DNA from: Minisyncoccota bacterium
GTDB lineage: Bacteria > Patescibacteriota > Minisyncoccia > Phycocordibacterales > Phycocordibacteraceae
Length of the DNA stretch: 35,868 bases
Reading direction: 5' to 3'
NCBI GenBank assembly: GCA_023653145.1
Contig: JAMNXM010000003.1
Coordinates: 1 to 35,868 of the forward strand
The notes under the pieces are model-generated. The model saw nothing but the letters and a program-made list of their open reading frames with translations, did no database searches and was not told the DNA's origin. The position numbers and the translations under genes were made by a program. The first letter of the stretch is position 1. The number at the start of each line of letters is the position of its first letter. Shown here in pieces: positions 1 through 9,054 of this stretch.

Positions 1-2046
1 GGATCAGAGGAAGGAAAGATGCATGAATGGGAGACATTTCCATACGATTGGCGTAAAGCCGTAAGCGACCCAATACTCCTTGCTGGGCTCGCCGCAAAGT
101 TGCATCAACTCGCAGCTGACTCAAACACTGAAAAGGTGAGTATTGTTGCACACTCGAATGGTGGGCTCTTAGCGAAAGCACTTATGGTGTACCTTGGAAA
201 CACCGAGGCCGTTGCACTAGTCGACAAAATAGTTTTGGTCGGGTCTCCACAGATTGGGACTCCAAAAGCTGTTGGAGCACTTCTGCATGGATACGAGCAG
301 GGGATTCCTTCGTTTTTCCCTGTACTCCTGAGTAACGAAGAAGCACGCGCGCTAGCGCAAAACATGTACGGTGCGTACGGGCTCATCCCATCGGCGGCTT
401 ACTTTAGCACTGTGACAGAGCCAATGATTACTTTTGAGGGCACTAACTCCCCGTTCATAACTCAAATGATTAGTGCGTATGAGTCAGTAGTAGGGAACAC
501 AGTCGAATACCGTGAATTTCTAACCGGTGCTGAGGGGCGGGCCGATCCAAGCGCAGTCGATCTGATTCATCCCGAAGTACTACGAACAGTACAGTTTGAT
601 GTGGCGCAGACACTTCACGCAAGTATCGATGCGTGGGTACCTCCAGCAGGTATAGAAGTCTATCAAATCGCTGGTTGGGGTGAAGAGACGGTTAAAGGAT
701 TCGATTACAAAGGTAGGGAAGTGTGTCTTGAAGGGGTGTGCTATGAGCAGATACGTACGCTCCCACAAATGACCATGGATGGTGATGGGACAGTTGTTAC
801 GCCAAGTGCTTTGTACATGAGTACTGAATCAAACAATGTGCACCGATACTGGTTCGATTTAGATGCATACAACTCAGAGAATTCGTTATCTACTACATTC
901 GGTTTGGTTCCATACTCTCACGCTTCAATTTATGCTGCCAGTAATTTAAAAAATTTTATTTTAAAGTTACTCAAAGACGTGGCTGAACCTACTGATAGTT
1001 ACGTTTCCAAATATCGTCCCGACAGTACACAGGCAAGATTAAGGTATTTCCTGCACTCCCCCTTGAACCTTTCGGCGACCGATTCGACTGGAAGAAGAAT
1101 CTCAAATGATCTTAGTGAGATACCTGGAGCACGATTCGAAAAATTTGGAGAAGTGCAATATGTATCTCTTCCGGCAACTTCTGCGCCGACTATAAACCTT
1201 GATGCATATGCTGGTGGGTCATTCATCCTTGATGTTCAGGAAGTTTTAGGAAACTCTATAGTCAATCAAGTCTCATTTGTCGGTATTCCTACAACTGAGA
1301 ATACGGAGGTTAGTATTTCATTTCCTGACGGGACTATTGAAAACGCAACCCCGCTAGAGATAGATAAAAATGGAGACGGCACTGCTGACTTCTCCATCTC
1401 AACTACAGATACAGAGGTAGGACTTAAGAAGATACCAATTGTAATCTCTGCTGACTCAAAAAGTATGATTGTTGGTTCCAAAATACCGAAACTCACACAT
1501 ACAACTTCTGGTTTTGTTGCTGGCGAGACACTAGAGACAAGTGATATCAGTGGTTCCCCAGAATGTACGACAACAGCAACTTCATCAAGCCCTGTAGGCG
1601 TCTACACAATTACCTGCACTGTAGGCACACTGCAATCCGACTATTACACGTTCGATACGTTTGTCGCTGGGACTCTTACTATCAACTATACGTTCAAAGG
1701 TTTCTTGAAACCGATTAACAATTCTGTTCTGAATCCGAGTATCTTTAAAGCAGGTACTGTGGTTCCGGTTAAGTTTGAGTTGCTAAACGCAGAAGGTGAG
1801 TCCATACAGGCAACAAACCCACCTGAGTGGGTTGAACCTGTGCAGGGAGAGCCGCTCGCCGCAAAGAGGAATGAGAAGAAGAGGAGTAAAAAGCCGACTC
1901 GAGGCGGGTTGTATGAGTGGAGACCAAAGCAACAGAATTACCAGTACAATTGGGATACCAAAGGTTATGAACCCGGGTACTGGTACGAAGTATCTGTAAA
2001 GTTAGACGATGGTACTATTAAAACAATAATGATCGGATTAAAATAA
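1..2046 (+). CDS. Large alpha/beta-hydrolase (LCAT/PGAP1-like lipase) with C-terminal MBG-like and PxKF-like domains; 5'-truncated by the window edge
   Basis: Frame is open from base 1. Lipase nucleophile elbow AHSNGG, GSPQIGTPKA, GDGTV and H-x-x-I motifs; DKNGDG Ca-loop; MBG-like 'ISADSKSMIVG..PKLT..SGFVAGET'; 'FKGFLKPIN..FKAGTVVPVKF' tail. Confidence 0.7.
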   Translation, partial: GSEEGKMHEWETFPYDWRKAVSDPILLAGLAAKLHQLAADSNTEKVSIVAHSNGGLLAKALMVYLGNTEAVALVDKIVLVGSPQIGTPKAVGALLHGYEQGIPSFFPVLLSNEEARALAQNMYGAYGLIPSAAYFSTVTEPMITFEGTNSPFITQMISAYESVVGNTVEYREFLTGAEGRADPSAVDLIHPEVLRTVQFDVAQTLHASIDAWVPPAGIEVYQIAGWGEETVKGFDYKGREVCLEGVCYEQIRTLPQMTMDGDGTVVTPSALYMSTESNNVHRYWFDLDAYNSENSLSTTFGLVPYSHASIYAASNLKNFILKLLKDVAEPTDSYVSKYRPDSTQARLRYFLHSPLNLSATDSTGRRISNDLSEIPGARFEKFGEVQYVSLPATSAPTINLDAYAGGSFILDVQEVLGNSIVNQVSFVGIPTTENTEVSISFPDGTIENATPLEIDKNGDGTADFSISTTDTEVGLKKIPIVISADSKSMIVGSKIPKLTHTTSGFVAGETLETSDISGSPECTTTATSSSPVGVYTITCTVGTLQSDYYTFDTFVAGTLTINYTFKGFLKPINNSVLNPSIFKAGTVVPVKFELLNAEGESIQATNPPEWVEPVQGEPLAAKRNEKKRSKKPTRGGLYEWRPKQQNYQYNWDTKGYEPGYWYEVSVKLDDGTIKTIMIGLK

Positions 2047-2051
2047 TCCAG

Positions 2052-2450
2052 ATGAATAAGAATTACCTAGCCAAGATATCTTTTGCAGGGTCTATAGTTT
2101 TTCTTGCAATTCTTTGGTTTCACGAATTCGGATACTGCAGAGCTTCGGAGTGGTGTATTGGGACAACTCAGGATATTTTGGTTGCTTCCCCTGGGTACCT
2201 TTCTATATTCGTTGCTACGCTAACTATTGTTGGTGCTTCTTATTTATTAAGGACTGGGATCTCAAGAAATCTGGTATTTTTTACACTAGTCTGGGTCATG
2301 GCCTCAATAGTGATCAGTTTTATGTTAGGTAATGGAGGTGGTAATTGGGTTACCTCTTCCCCTAGACCTGAAGGAATATTCTTCTTTCTCACAATAATCT
2401 ATGCCGTGATTGGTTTAGTATGGCAGATGAGGAGGTTCTTACGGCATTAG
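2052..2450 (+). CDS. Hypothetical 4-TM membrane protein
   Basis: 132-aa ORF starting 5 nt after the hydrolase stop; four hydrophobic stretches. Confidence 0.65.
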   Translation: MNKNYLAKISFAGSIVFLAILWFHEFGYCRASEWCIGTTQDILVASPGYLSIFVATLTIVGASYLLRTGISRNLVFFTLVWVMASIVISFMLGNGGGNWVTSSPRPEGIFFFLTIIYAVIGLVWQMRRFLRH

Positions 2451-2714
2451 ATCTCCATTGATTGATACTTTGAAGAGGCCCGGCAATGCTTCATTGACGG
2501 AATAGGTAATAGGCAAGCCATTTATTCTGTTTTTCGGGCTTGGGGTCCAGAAAAACCCTTATTCTATATAGAGCATGAGTTAGGGGTAGACGAAATACGT
2601 ATAATTTAAGCCATATTGCTTACTCGTAGCGATATGCACGATGCCCCACAATCAGTGAGGGGACGTCGCAGGTATGGCTGAGGTTTTGTTGTATTTTTTC
2701 TATAAAATTGCATA

Positions 2715-2909
2715 ATGCAGCCCATGTATCGTGAGCAGTACCAAGGTATGGGACCGGCTAATAGTGAAAGCCTAAGCACGTTCTTTAGAAAAGAAAGCAC
2801 GTGCGTACACTGTGATTCCGGATGCACCTGTACAAAATGCTCTAACTGCATGTGTGTTCAAGAGCACTGTGGTACTTGTACGAATGGGTGCCACGGAGCA
2901 TCGATTTGA
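2715..2909 (+). CDS. Small Cys/His-rich protein (metallothionein-like)
   Basis: 10 Cys + 3 His in the C-terminal ~32 aa; TAAAAT (2703-2708) lies 6 nt before the ATG, the window's typical leaderless spacing. Confidence 0.55.
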   Translation: MQPMYREQYQGMGPANSESLSTFFRKESTCVHCDSGCTCTKCSNCMCVQEHCGTCTNGCHGASI

Positions 2910-3003
2910 TTAAATAAGCAATATATAAGCCATATTTTGGTTAAAACCGAGATAGGTGTGGGTAGTACGGTACGCCCATAGGGAGGGGTGGTACCCTATA
3001 TAT

Positions 3004-3144
3004 ATGAAGAAGAAGGCAAAGCAGGGGTTTGACTGGCACTGCCAAGGGATACCGCACACGTTCCACTGGTTTGCACTCGTCGTATTTGCCCTCGGTATGA
3101 GCACCATAGTGCTTGCCGCTATCAGCGAGGTTACAGGTATTTAG
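3004..3144 (+). CDS. Small single-TM protein (46 aa)
   Basis: MKKKAKQGFDWHC...FALVVFALGMSTIVLAAI; TGgTACCCT (2989-2997) lies 6 nt before ATG 3004. Confidence 0.5.
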   Translation: MKKKAKQGFDWHCQGIPHTFHWFALVVFALGMSTIVLAAISEVTGI

Positions 3145-3173
3145 TTGACTCTCAGGGGGTGGGATGATACGAT
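3145..3173 (+). promoter_or_regulatory. Sigma70 promoter for the rpsN-secY operon
   Basis: TTGACT-17 nt-TACGAT with extended -10 TG. Confidence 0.65.
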
Positions 3174-3243
3174 AGCACAAGCGTTATAGGACGCGTTTTT
3201 GTTTACTTAATAGTGCAAAAAGGCCTTCCCTAGGCGCGAAAGT

Positions 3244-3513
3244 ATGGCTAAAAAGTCACAACTCGCCCGAAACAACAAAAGAATCAAGCTGGTCGCACAG
3301 TTTGCGGCTAAGCGCGCAGCACTTAAAAAAGCAGGGGACTTTGAGGCGCTCCAAAAGCTCCCAAAGAACTCGTCACCTGTCCGCATTAAAAACCGTTGCT
3401 CTATTACTGGTCGCTCAAAGTCGTACATGCGCCAGTTTGGTATCTCTCGCCAGCAGTTCAGAGAGATGGCACGTCGCGGAGAGCTCCCGGGGGTTACTAA
3501 AGCATCTTGGTAA
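3244..3513 (+). CDS. rpsN: 30S ribosomal protein S14 (89-aa zinc-free type)
   Basis: MAKKS...RCSITGR...[11 protein letters not shown]; only one Cys. Confidence 0.97.
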   Translation: MAKKSQLARNNKRIKLVAQFAAKRAALKKAGDFEALQKLPKNSSPVRIKNRCSITGRSKSYMRQFGISRQQFREMARRGELPGVTKASW

Positions 3514-3515
3514 GT

Positions 3516-3911
3516 ATGGTTACTGACACTATCGGCGACTTCATCAACCGTTTGACTACTGCAACAGCAGTACGTAAGGCGACGGTGACTATGCCGTTTT
3601 CAAAGCTCAAGCACCAGATCGCGCTCGTATTGAAGCGCGAGGGGTACCTTGGAGAAATTAGCGAGTCAAAGGGTGAGGTTGGTAAGACCCTCACAGTCGA
3701 GTTGATCTACGATCCAGACGGCGAGCCTCGCATCCACGGTGCCAAGCGCCTTTCGAAGCCTGGACGCCGCCTCTACGCACCTGTCCACACTATCCACCCA
3801 ATCAAAAACGGTAAGGGATGCCTGGTGCTCACCACGCCGCGCGGCATTATGACTGACAAGGACGCACGCCGCGACCGTGTCGGAGGGGAAACAATGTTCA
3901 CTATTTGGTAA
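3516..3911 (+). CDS. rpsH: 30S ribosomal protein S8
   Basis: TDTIGDFINR, SKPGRRLY, LTTPRGIMTD..AR...VGGE. Confidence 0.97.
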   Translation: MVTDTIGDFINRLTTATAVRKATVTMPFSKLKHQIALVLKREGYLGEISESKGEVGKTLTVELIYDPDGEPRIHGAKRLSKPGRRLYAPVHTIHPIKNGKGCLVLTTPRGIMTDKDARRDRVGGETMFTIW

Positions 3912-3916
3912 CCTAT

Positions 3917-4453
3917 ATGTCACGCCTCGCTAAAAACACTATCCCATTCCCGAGCGGCACCACCGTGTCGTTTACTGACGGCACACTCACCGTTAAGGGT
4001 CCATTGGGCACACTCACGAAGCCGGTTAATCCAGTGGTTTCTATCACGGTCTCTCCTGACGGCGTCAACGTGGCACCAGTTGGTACCACCAAACTCGCAC
4101 GCGCACTCACTGGTACGTTTGCATCTCACATCCGCAACATGATGAAGGGAGTAACCGAGAAGTACGCAAAGAAACTTGAGCTCCAGGGTATTGGCTACCG
4201 CGTTGAACTCCAGGGTAAGAACCTCAAGTTCCAAGTCGGTTTCTCTCACCCAGTGCTGATGGCAGTCCCAGCAGGTGTCGACGCATTGGTAGAAAAGAAC
4301 TTCATCACGATTTCTGGTATCGACAAAGAAGCGGTTGGACAGTTTGCCGCAAACGTCCGCGCGATCAAGAAGCCTGAGCCATACAAGGGCAAGGGTATCC
4401 GTTACGAGGGTGAGTACGTCCGCCAGAAGCAGGGTAAGAAGGCAGCTGCATAA
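3917..4453 (+). CDS. rplF: 50S ribosomal protein L6
   Basis: MSRLAK, VKGPLGTL, GIGYR, KPEPYKGKGIRY. Confidence 0.97.
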   Translation: MSRLAKNTIPFPSGTTVSFTDGTLTVKGPLGTLTKPVNPVVSITVSPDGVNVAPVGTTKLARALTGTFASHIRNMMKGVTEKYAKKLELQGIGYRVELQGKNLKFQVGFSHPVLMAVPAGVDALVEKNFITISGIDKEAVGQFAANVRAIKKPEPYKGKGIRYEGEYVRQKQGKKAAA

Positions 4454-4462
4454 TGAACTCGT

Positions 4463-4819
4463 ATGTCTAAACTCACTCCAAAATCAAAGACAGCACAGCG
4501 CGAGCGCCGACACCGCCGCGTCCGCGGAACGGTCAGTGGCACTGCAGAGCGCCCACGTCTTGCCGTTTTTCGTTCTAACAAGTACGTGTACGCACAACTT
4601 ATTGATGACGATAAGGGAGTAACGATCGTTGCTGCATCAACCATTGGCGGTCGCAATATGTCGCAGATGGAGCAGGCAAAGACGGTAGGTACTCAGATTG
4701 CAAAGGCAGCGGCAGAGAAGCGGATTACTAAGGTCGTGTTTGATCGTGGCGGGTTTCAGTACGGTGGGCGCATTGCAGCGCTTGCTGATGCGGCTCGTGC
4801 GGCAGGACTTCAATTTTAA
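4463..4819 (+). CDS. rplR: 50S ribosomal protein L18
   Basis: [37 protein letters not shown]. Confidence 0.97.
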   Translation: MSKLTPKSKTAQRERRHRRVRGTVSGTAERPRLAVFRSNKYVYAQLIDDDKGVTIVAASTIGGRNMSQMEQAKTVGTQIAKAAAEKRITKVVFDRGGFQYGGRIAALADAARAAGLQF

Positions 4820-4824
4820 CTAGT

Positions 4825-5415
4825 ATGACTGACGAAACACCAGCAGCTCCGCTCACTGAAAACGCACCAGTCGAAAGCACGTTAGTGCAGGCGCCACAGC
4901 CAGAGCGCCGTGACCGTGGTGGCCGTGGCCGCAATGATAAGAACCGCCGTGGTCCACAGCGTGGACGCCGCGACGAGAAGCCTCGTTCAGAGTTTGACCA
5001 AAAGATCATCCAGCTCCGCCGCGTTGCGCGTGTGGTCGCAGGAGGTCGCCGTTTCTCATTCTCTGCAGTAGTGGTCGCCGGAGATCGTAAGGGACGCGTC
5101 GGTATCGGTATCGGCAAGGGTGCAGACACTGCGCTCGCCGTCGACAAGGCGTTCCGTGCCGCAAAGCGCACCATGTTCCGCATCCGCACTACCGAGTCTA
5201 TGTCTATCCCGCACGACGTGATGGCAAAGAACTCATCAGGTATCGTCGAGATCCGTCCAGCACCTGACCGCGGTATTGTTGCAGGTTCATCGGTAAAGAC
5301 CTTGCTCGAACTTGCTGGTGTAAAGGACGTCACCGCAAAGATCCACTCTGGTTCAAAGAATAAGTTGAACATCGCACGCGCCGCATACGACGCACTTCGT
5401 AAACTCAAAAAATAA
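4825..5415 (+). CDS. rpsE: 30S ribosomal protein S5
   Basis: RRVARVVAGGRRFSFSAVVVAGDRKGRVGIG; Arg-rich N-terminal extension. Confidence 0.97.
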   Translation: MTDETPAAPLTENAPVESTLVQAPQPERRDRGGRGRNDKNRRGPQRGRRDEKPRSEFDQKIIQLRRVARVVAGGRRFSFSAVVVAGDRKGRVGIGIGKGADTALAVDKAFRAAKRTMFRIRTTESMSIPHDVMAKNSSGIVEIRPAPDRGIVAGSSVKTLLELAGVKDVTAKIHSGSKNKLNIARAAYDALRKLKK

Positions 5416-5419
5416 GACT

Positions 5420-5854
5420 ATGGACCTCTCATCACTTTCTCGCCCAGTTGGACTTACCAAAGCACGCCGTGTCGGCCGTGGTGGTAAGCGCGGCAAGACG
5501 TCAGGTCGCGGCGGCAAGGGACAGACTGCACGCGCTGGTAACAAGCGCCGTCCTGAGTGGCGCGACATCATTAAGCGCATGCCAAAGCGTCGCGGGTTTG
5601 GTAAGAACCGCTCACGCACCGTGCGCCCTATGACTCCGATTGCAACGATTACGCTTGACGCACTCGAGAAGCACTACGCATCAGGAGAGACCGTCACGGT
5701 GAAGTCCTTGATTGAGAAAGGTTTGGTCCGCCGTGTCTCTGGTGGCGTACCACCAATGAAGATCCTTGCACGCGGCACACTCACCAAGAAACTTATTATT
5801 CCAAAGGGTATCGCACTCTCAAAAGAAGCACAGGCAAAGATCACGGGCGCATAA
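5420..5854 (+). CDS. rplO: 50S ribosomal protein L15
   Basis: RRVGRGGKRGKTSGRGGKGQTARAG. Confidence 0.96.
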   Translation: MDLSSLSRPVGLTKARRVGRGGKRGKTSGRGGKGQTARAGNKRRPEWRDIIKRMPKRRGFGKNRSRTVRPMTPIATITLDALEKHYASGETVTVKSLIEKGLVRRVSGGVPPMKILARGTLTKKLIIPKGIALSKEAQAKITGA

Positions 5855-5857
5855 GCC

Positions 5858-7129
5858 ATGAGCACCTTTTTTGCAAAACTGAAACTCATCCTCACTGACG
5901 CATCTATCTTGCGGAAGTTGGGCTACATGGTTGCAGGACTCATCCTGTTCCGCCTTATGGCGACGATCCCGCTTCCGGGCATCGACCATGCGCGTCTTGA
6001 GGCATTCTTTTCGGACTCGGCACTCCTTGGGTTTTTGAACGTCTTTTCTGGTGGCGGACTGTCGAATCTTTCAATCATGATGCTTGGTGTCGCGCCGTAC
6101 ATCACTGCGTCTATCATCATGCAGCTTGGCACCGTGCTCTCACCTAAACTCAAGGCGCTCTATTCAGAGGAAGGGGAGCTTGGGCGTAAACAGTTTGCAC
6201 AGTACTCGCGCCTTCTCTCAGTACCACTTGCGGTCATGCAGGGTGTTGGGTTGTTGTTCTTTTTCCAAGCGCAGGGTATCGTACTCGACCTCGGGTGGTA
6301 CCTCTTTGCGGTGAACGTCGCGGTTGCCGTTGCAGGCTCGATGCTCCTCATGTGGATTGGCGAGCTTATAACCGAGTACGGTATTGGGAACGGTCTGTCA
6401 CTCATCATCTTTGCCGGTATCGTCGCCAGTCTCCCATCTACTATTGCGCAACTCGCATTTACGTTCGATCCATCACAGATTCCGCTCTACGTGACGTTTG
6501 TTGCTGCGGCACTCGCGATTACCTTTGGTGTCGTGTATGTGTCAGAGTCTGAGCGTCCTATCCCGGTGACCTACGCAAAGCGTGTGATGGGCAACCAAGT
6601 AACAGGTGGCGTACAGTCGTACGTGCCGCTCCGCCTCAATCAGGCAGGCGTGATGCCTATTATCTTTGCGCTTTCTATCCTTACCTTGCCGCAAATTGGT
6701 GTAACCTACCTCTCCACGTCGGGGAGTGGTGCTGTTTCTGAGATTGCGAACCTCCTTCTCACGTTCCCTGGTTCGGAAGTGGTGTACGCCGTAGTGTATT
6801 TCTTCTTTGTTATCCTCTTCACGTACTTCTTTACCGCAATTACGTTTGACCCAACGCAGATGGCAAACAACTTGCAGAAGAACGGCGCATTTGTCCCAGG
6901 TGTACGCCCAGGCCAGACGACGGCAGAGTACATTGGTCGCGTCATCACACGCATCACGCTCGTCGGTGCACTTTTCCTCGGCGTGATCGCAGTCTTGCCG
7001 CTCATCATCCAGAACCTCACTGGTGTTGCCGCACTTGCTATTGGTGGTACGGCGCTCCTCATTATTGTGTCTGTGGTCCTCGACGTCGTCCGTAAGATCG
7101 ACGCGCAACTGAGTTTGCGAGAGTATTAA
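5858..7129 (+). CDS. secY: Preprotein translocase subunit SecY
   Basis: LGVAPYITASIIMQL, GIGNGLSLIIFAGIV, AGVMPIIFA, GVRPG, GGTALLIIVSV. Confidence 0.98.
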   Translation: MSTFFAKLKLILTDASILRKLGYMVAGLILFRLMATIPLPGIDHARLEAFFSDSALLGFLNVFSGGGLSNLSIMMLGVAPYITASIIMQLGTVLSPKLKALYSEEGELGRKQFAQYSRLLSVPLAVMQGVGLLFFFQAQGIVLDLGWYLFAVNVAVAVAGSMLLMWIGELITEYGIGNGLSLIIFAGIVASLPSTIAQLAFTFDPSQIPLYVTFVAAALAITFGVVYVSESERPIPVTYAKRVMGNQVTGGVQSYVPLRLNQAGVMPIIFALSILTLPQIGVTYLSTSGSGAVSEIANLLLTFPGSEVVYAVVYFFFVILFTYFFTAITFDPTQMANNLQKNGAFVPGVRPGQTTAEYIGRVITRITLVGALFLGVIAVLPLIIQNLTGVAALAIGGTALLIIVSVVLDVVRKIDAQLSLREY

Positions 7130-7134
7130 CCAAC

Positions 7135-7154
7135 CGCCCTTCGGGGCGTTTTTT
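7135..7154 (+). terminator. Intrinsic terminator after secY
   Basis: CGCCC-TTCG-GGGCG followed by T6. Confidence 0.75.
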
Positions 7155-7168
7155 GTTACACTGCATCT

Positions 7169-7708
7169 ATGAAGATCACTATTTTTGGTAACCCAGGCAC
7201 CGGTAAGTCTACTGTCGGGAAACTGCTCGCATCAAAATTGGGGTACGCGTTCATGTCGTCCGGCAATATGTTTCGTGATATGGCAAAAGAGCTTGGTATG
7301 ACCGTGTATGAGCTGGATACTCTTTCACAGACTGACCCACAGTACGATATCAAACTCGATCAGATGGTAGCTGAATACGGCAGAACAAATGATAACTTCG
7401 TTTTCGAAAGCCGACTTGCGTGGCACTTTATTCCTGACTCAATCAAGATAGAACTTTACACAAATGATGTCGTTGCGGCAGAGCGTGTTGCGCAGCGCGA
7501 CCAGATTTCGACCGAAGATGCGCGTGCGAATAATGAACTAAGGATTGCTACCTATGTTGCACGATACCCAAAAACATACCCAGACGTACACTATCCGCCG
7601 TTGAAAGAGGATTTTCACTTGAGCATCGATGTGACCGAGCCGCTCCCAGAGGCAATTGTTGAGCGTATTCTTACTTTTCTCAAAAAAGAGGGCTACGTGT
7701 TAGAGTAG
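7169..7708 (+). CDS. cmk: Cytidylate kinase, archaeal-type (short) family
   Basis: MKITIFGNPGTGKST P-loop, SSGNMFRDMAKELGM, FESRLA, ERVAQRD. Confidence 0.75.
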   Translation: MKITIFGNPGTGKSTVGKLLASKLGYAFMSSGNMFRDMAKELGMTVYELDTLSQTDPQYDIKLDQMVAEYGRTNDNFVFESRLAWHFIPDSIKIELYTNDVVAAERVAQRDQISTEDARANNELRIATYVARYPKTYPDVHYPPLKEDFHLSIDVTEPLPEAIVERILTFLKKEGYVLE

Positions 7709-7714
7709 AGGGGC

Positions 7715-8272
7715 ATGACACGAACCATCTTTTTCCTCGGGAAGCCCGGGAGTGGCAAGGAAACGCAGGCACGACTCTTGGCAGAGAAGACCGGGTTTAC
7801 GGTCCTCTCGACGGGAGAAAAATTCAGAGAGCTCCGTGAGCGTCGTGACGCCTTAGGTGACCACATTAGGAGTGAGTACGATGCGGGACGCCTTATGCCC
7901 GACTGGTTTGCAGATTTTTTGTTTCAGGAGTCTGTGCTCAACCTGTCTGCAGGTGCAGGGATTATTTTTGAAGGCTCGGGACGTACGGTAGAGCAGGTGA
8001 CGATTATCGATAAGGTGCTCAACTGGCTCGGTCGCGAGTACGTATTTGTTAACCTTGATATTTCAGATGACGAAGCGGTACGCCGTATGCTCAGCCGCGG
8101 GCGTCTCGACTCAAACTCTGAGGACAAGGTACGTGTCCGCCTTGCACAGTATCAAGAGCATTCGGTACCAGTACTCGAGCACCTTACGGCACAGAGTAAA
8201 CTTCTTGTCATTCCTGGCGAGCGTTCTGTCGAGGATATACACGCTGACATCTGCACCCGCCTCGGCGTCTAA
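7715..8272 (+). CDS. adk: Adenylate kinase (short, no zinc LID)
   Basis: GKPGSGKETQA, LSTGEKFR, G.LMPD, RGR.D..E....RL..Y; lies upstream of map. Confidence 0.88.
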   Translation: MTRTIFFLGKPGSGKETQARLLAEKTGFTVLSTGEKFRELRERRDALGDHIRSEYDAGRLMPDWFADFLFQESVLNLSAGAGIIFEGSGRTVEQVTIIDKVLNWLGREYVFVNLDISDDEAVRRMLSRGRLDSNSEDKVRVRLAQYQEHSVPVLEHLTAQSKLLVIPGERSVEDIHADICTRLGV

Positions 8273-8273
8273 C

Positions 8274-9047
8274 ATGGTAGGGACGATCAATACACCTGAC
8301 GAGATAGCACTACTCCGCGAAGGAGGGAAACGGCTGGCACACGCAGTCGCGGAGACTGCAAAAAAAGTTGCGGTAGGGGTAAAGACGCATGAGCTCAATG
8401 ACTATTTTGAACAACTCGTACGTGCCGGAGGCGATGAGCCAGCATTTTTAAACTATCAGCCCCGCGGCGCTAAACGCCCGTTCCCCGCATCTATCTGCAT
8501 CTCGGTGAACGAGGAGGTGGTACACGGCATCCCGACTGAAAACACACGCGTCATAAAGGATGGCGACATAGTAAAACTTGATGGTGGGGTTCGCCACCGA
8601 GGTCTCATTACAGACCATGCAGTATCTGTTATCGCAGGCAACGCACAGCCTGAAGACGAGGCGCTCGTGCGCGGCACCAGGCAGGCACTTATGGCCGGGA
8701 TACAAGCAGCCCGTGGCGGAAATCGCACTGGTGACATATCGGCTGCTGTTGAGGCAGTGGGGGTGGAACTGGGCTTCGGCATCGTCTTTGAACTCGGTGG
8801 TCATGGGGTAGGGCACCATGTACACGAAGAGCCCTACATACCCAATGTTGGTGACGCTGGTACCGGGGACCTACTGGTACCAGGTATGGTGCTTGCCATT
8901 GAGCCGATGTTTACCTTAGGGACCCCAAAGGTGCGGGTTAAGTTTGATGGCTACACCTATGTCACCAAAGACGGGACTCGTGCTGCGCACTGGGAGCATA
9001 CTGTTTTGATTACCGACAAGGCGCCAGAGATTTTGACTGCGCTATAA
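8274..9047 (+). CDS. map: Methionine aminopeptidase type I
   Basis: ICISVNEEVVHGIP, GDIVKLD, GHGVG..VHEEP, LAIEPM, AAHWEHT; ATG 1 nt after the adk stop. Confidence 0.96.
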   Translation: MVGTINTPDEIALLREGGKRLAHAVAETAKKVAVGVKTHELNDYFEQLVRAGGDEPAFLNYQPRGAKRPFPASICISVNEEVVHGIPTENTRVIKDGDIVKLDGGVRHRGLITDHAVSVIAGNAQPEDEALVRGTRQALMAGIQAARGGNRTGDISAAVEAVGVELGFGIVFELGGHGVGHHVHEEPYIPNVGDAGTGDLLVPGMVLAIEPMFTLGTPKVRVKFDGYTYVTKDGTRAAHWEHTVLITDKAPEILTAL

Positions 9048-9054
9048 TTGTTGG

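Noticed and set aside
3219-3233. AAA GGC CTT CCC TAG (KGLP*) as a leftover rplE tail before rpsN
   Set aside because: Only three or four residues match; better explained as part of the leader stem.
8046-8273. N-terminal extensions in the ORF track for map (also ndk 11858, MBL 12845, DUF1801 25620, SDR 30132)
   Set aside because: They overlap upstream genes; homology and/or -10 spacing point to the later ATGs.
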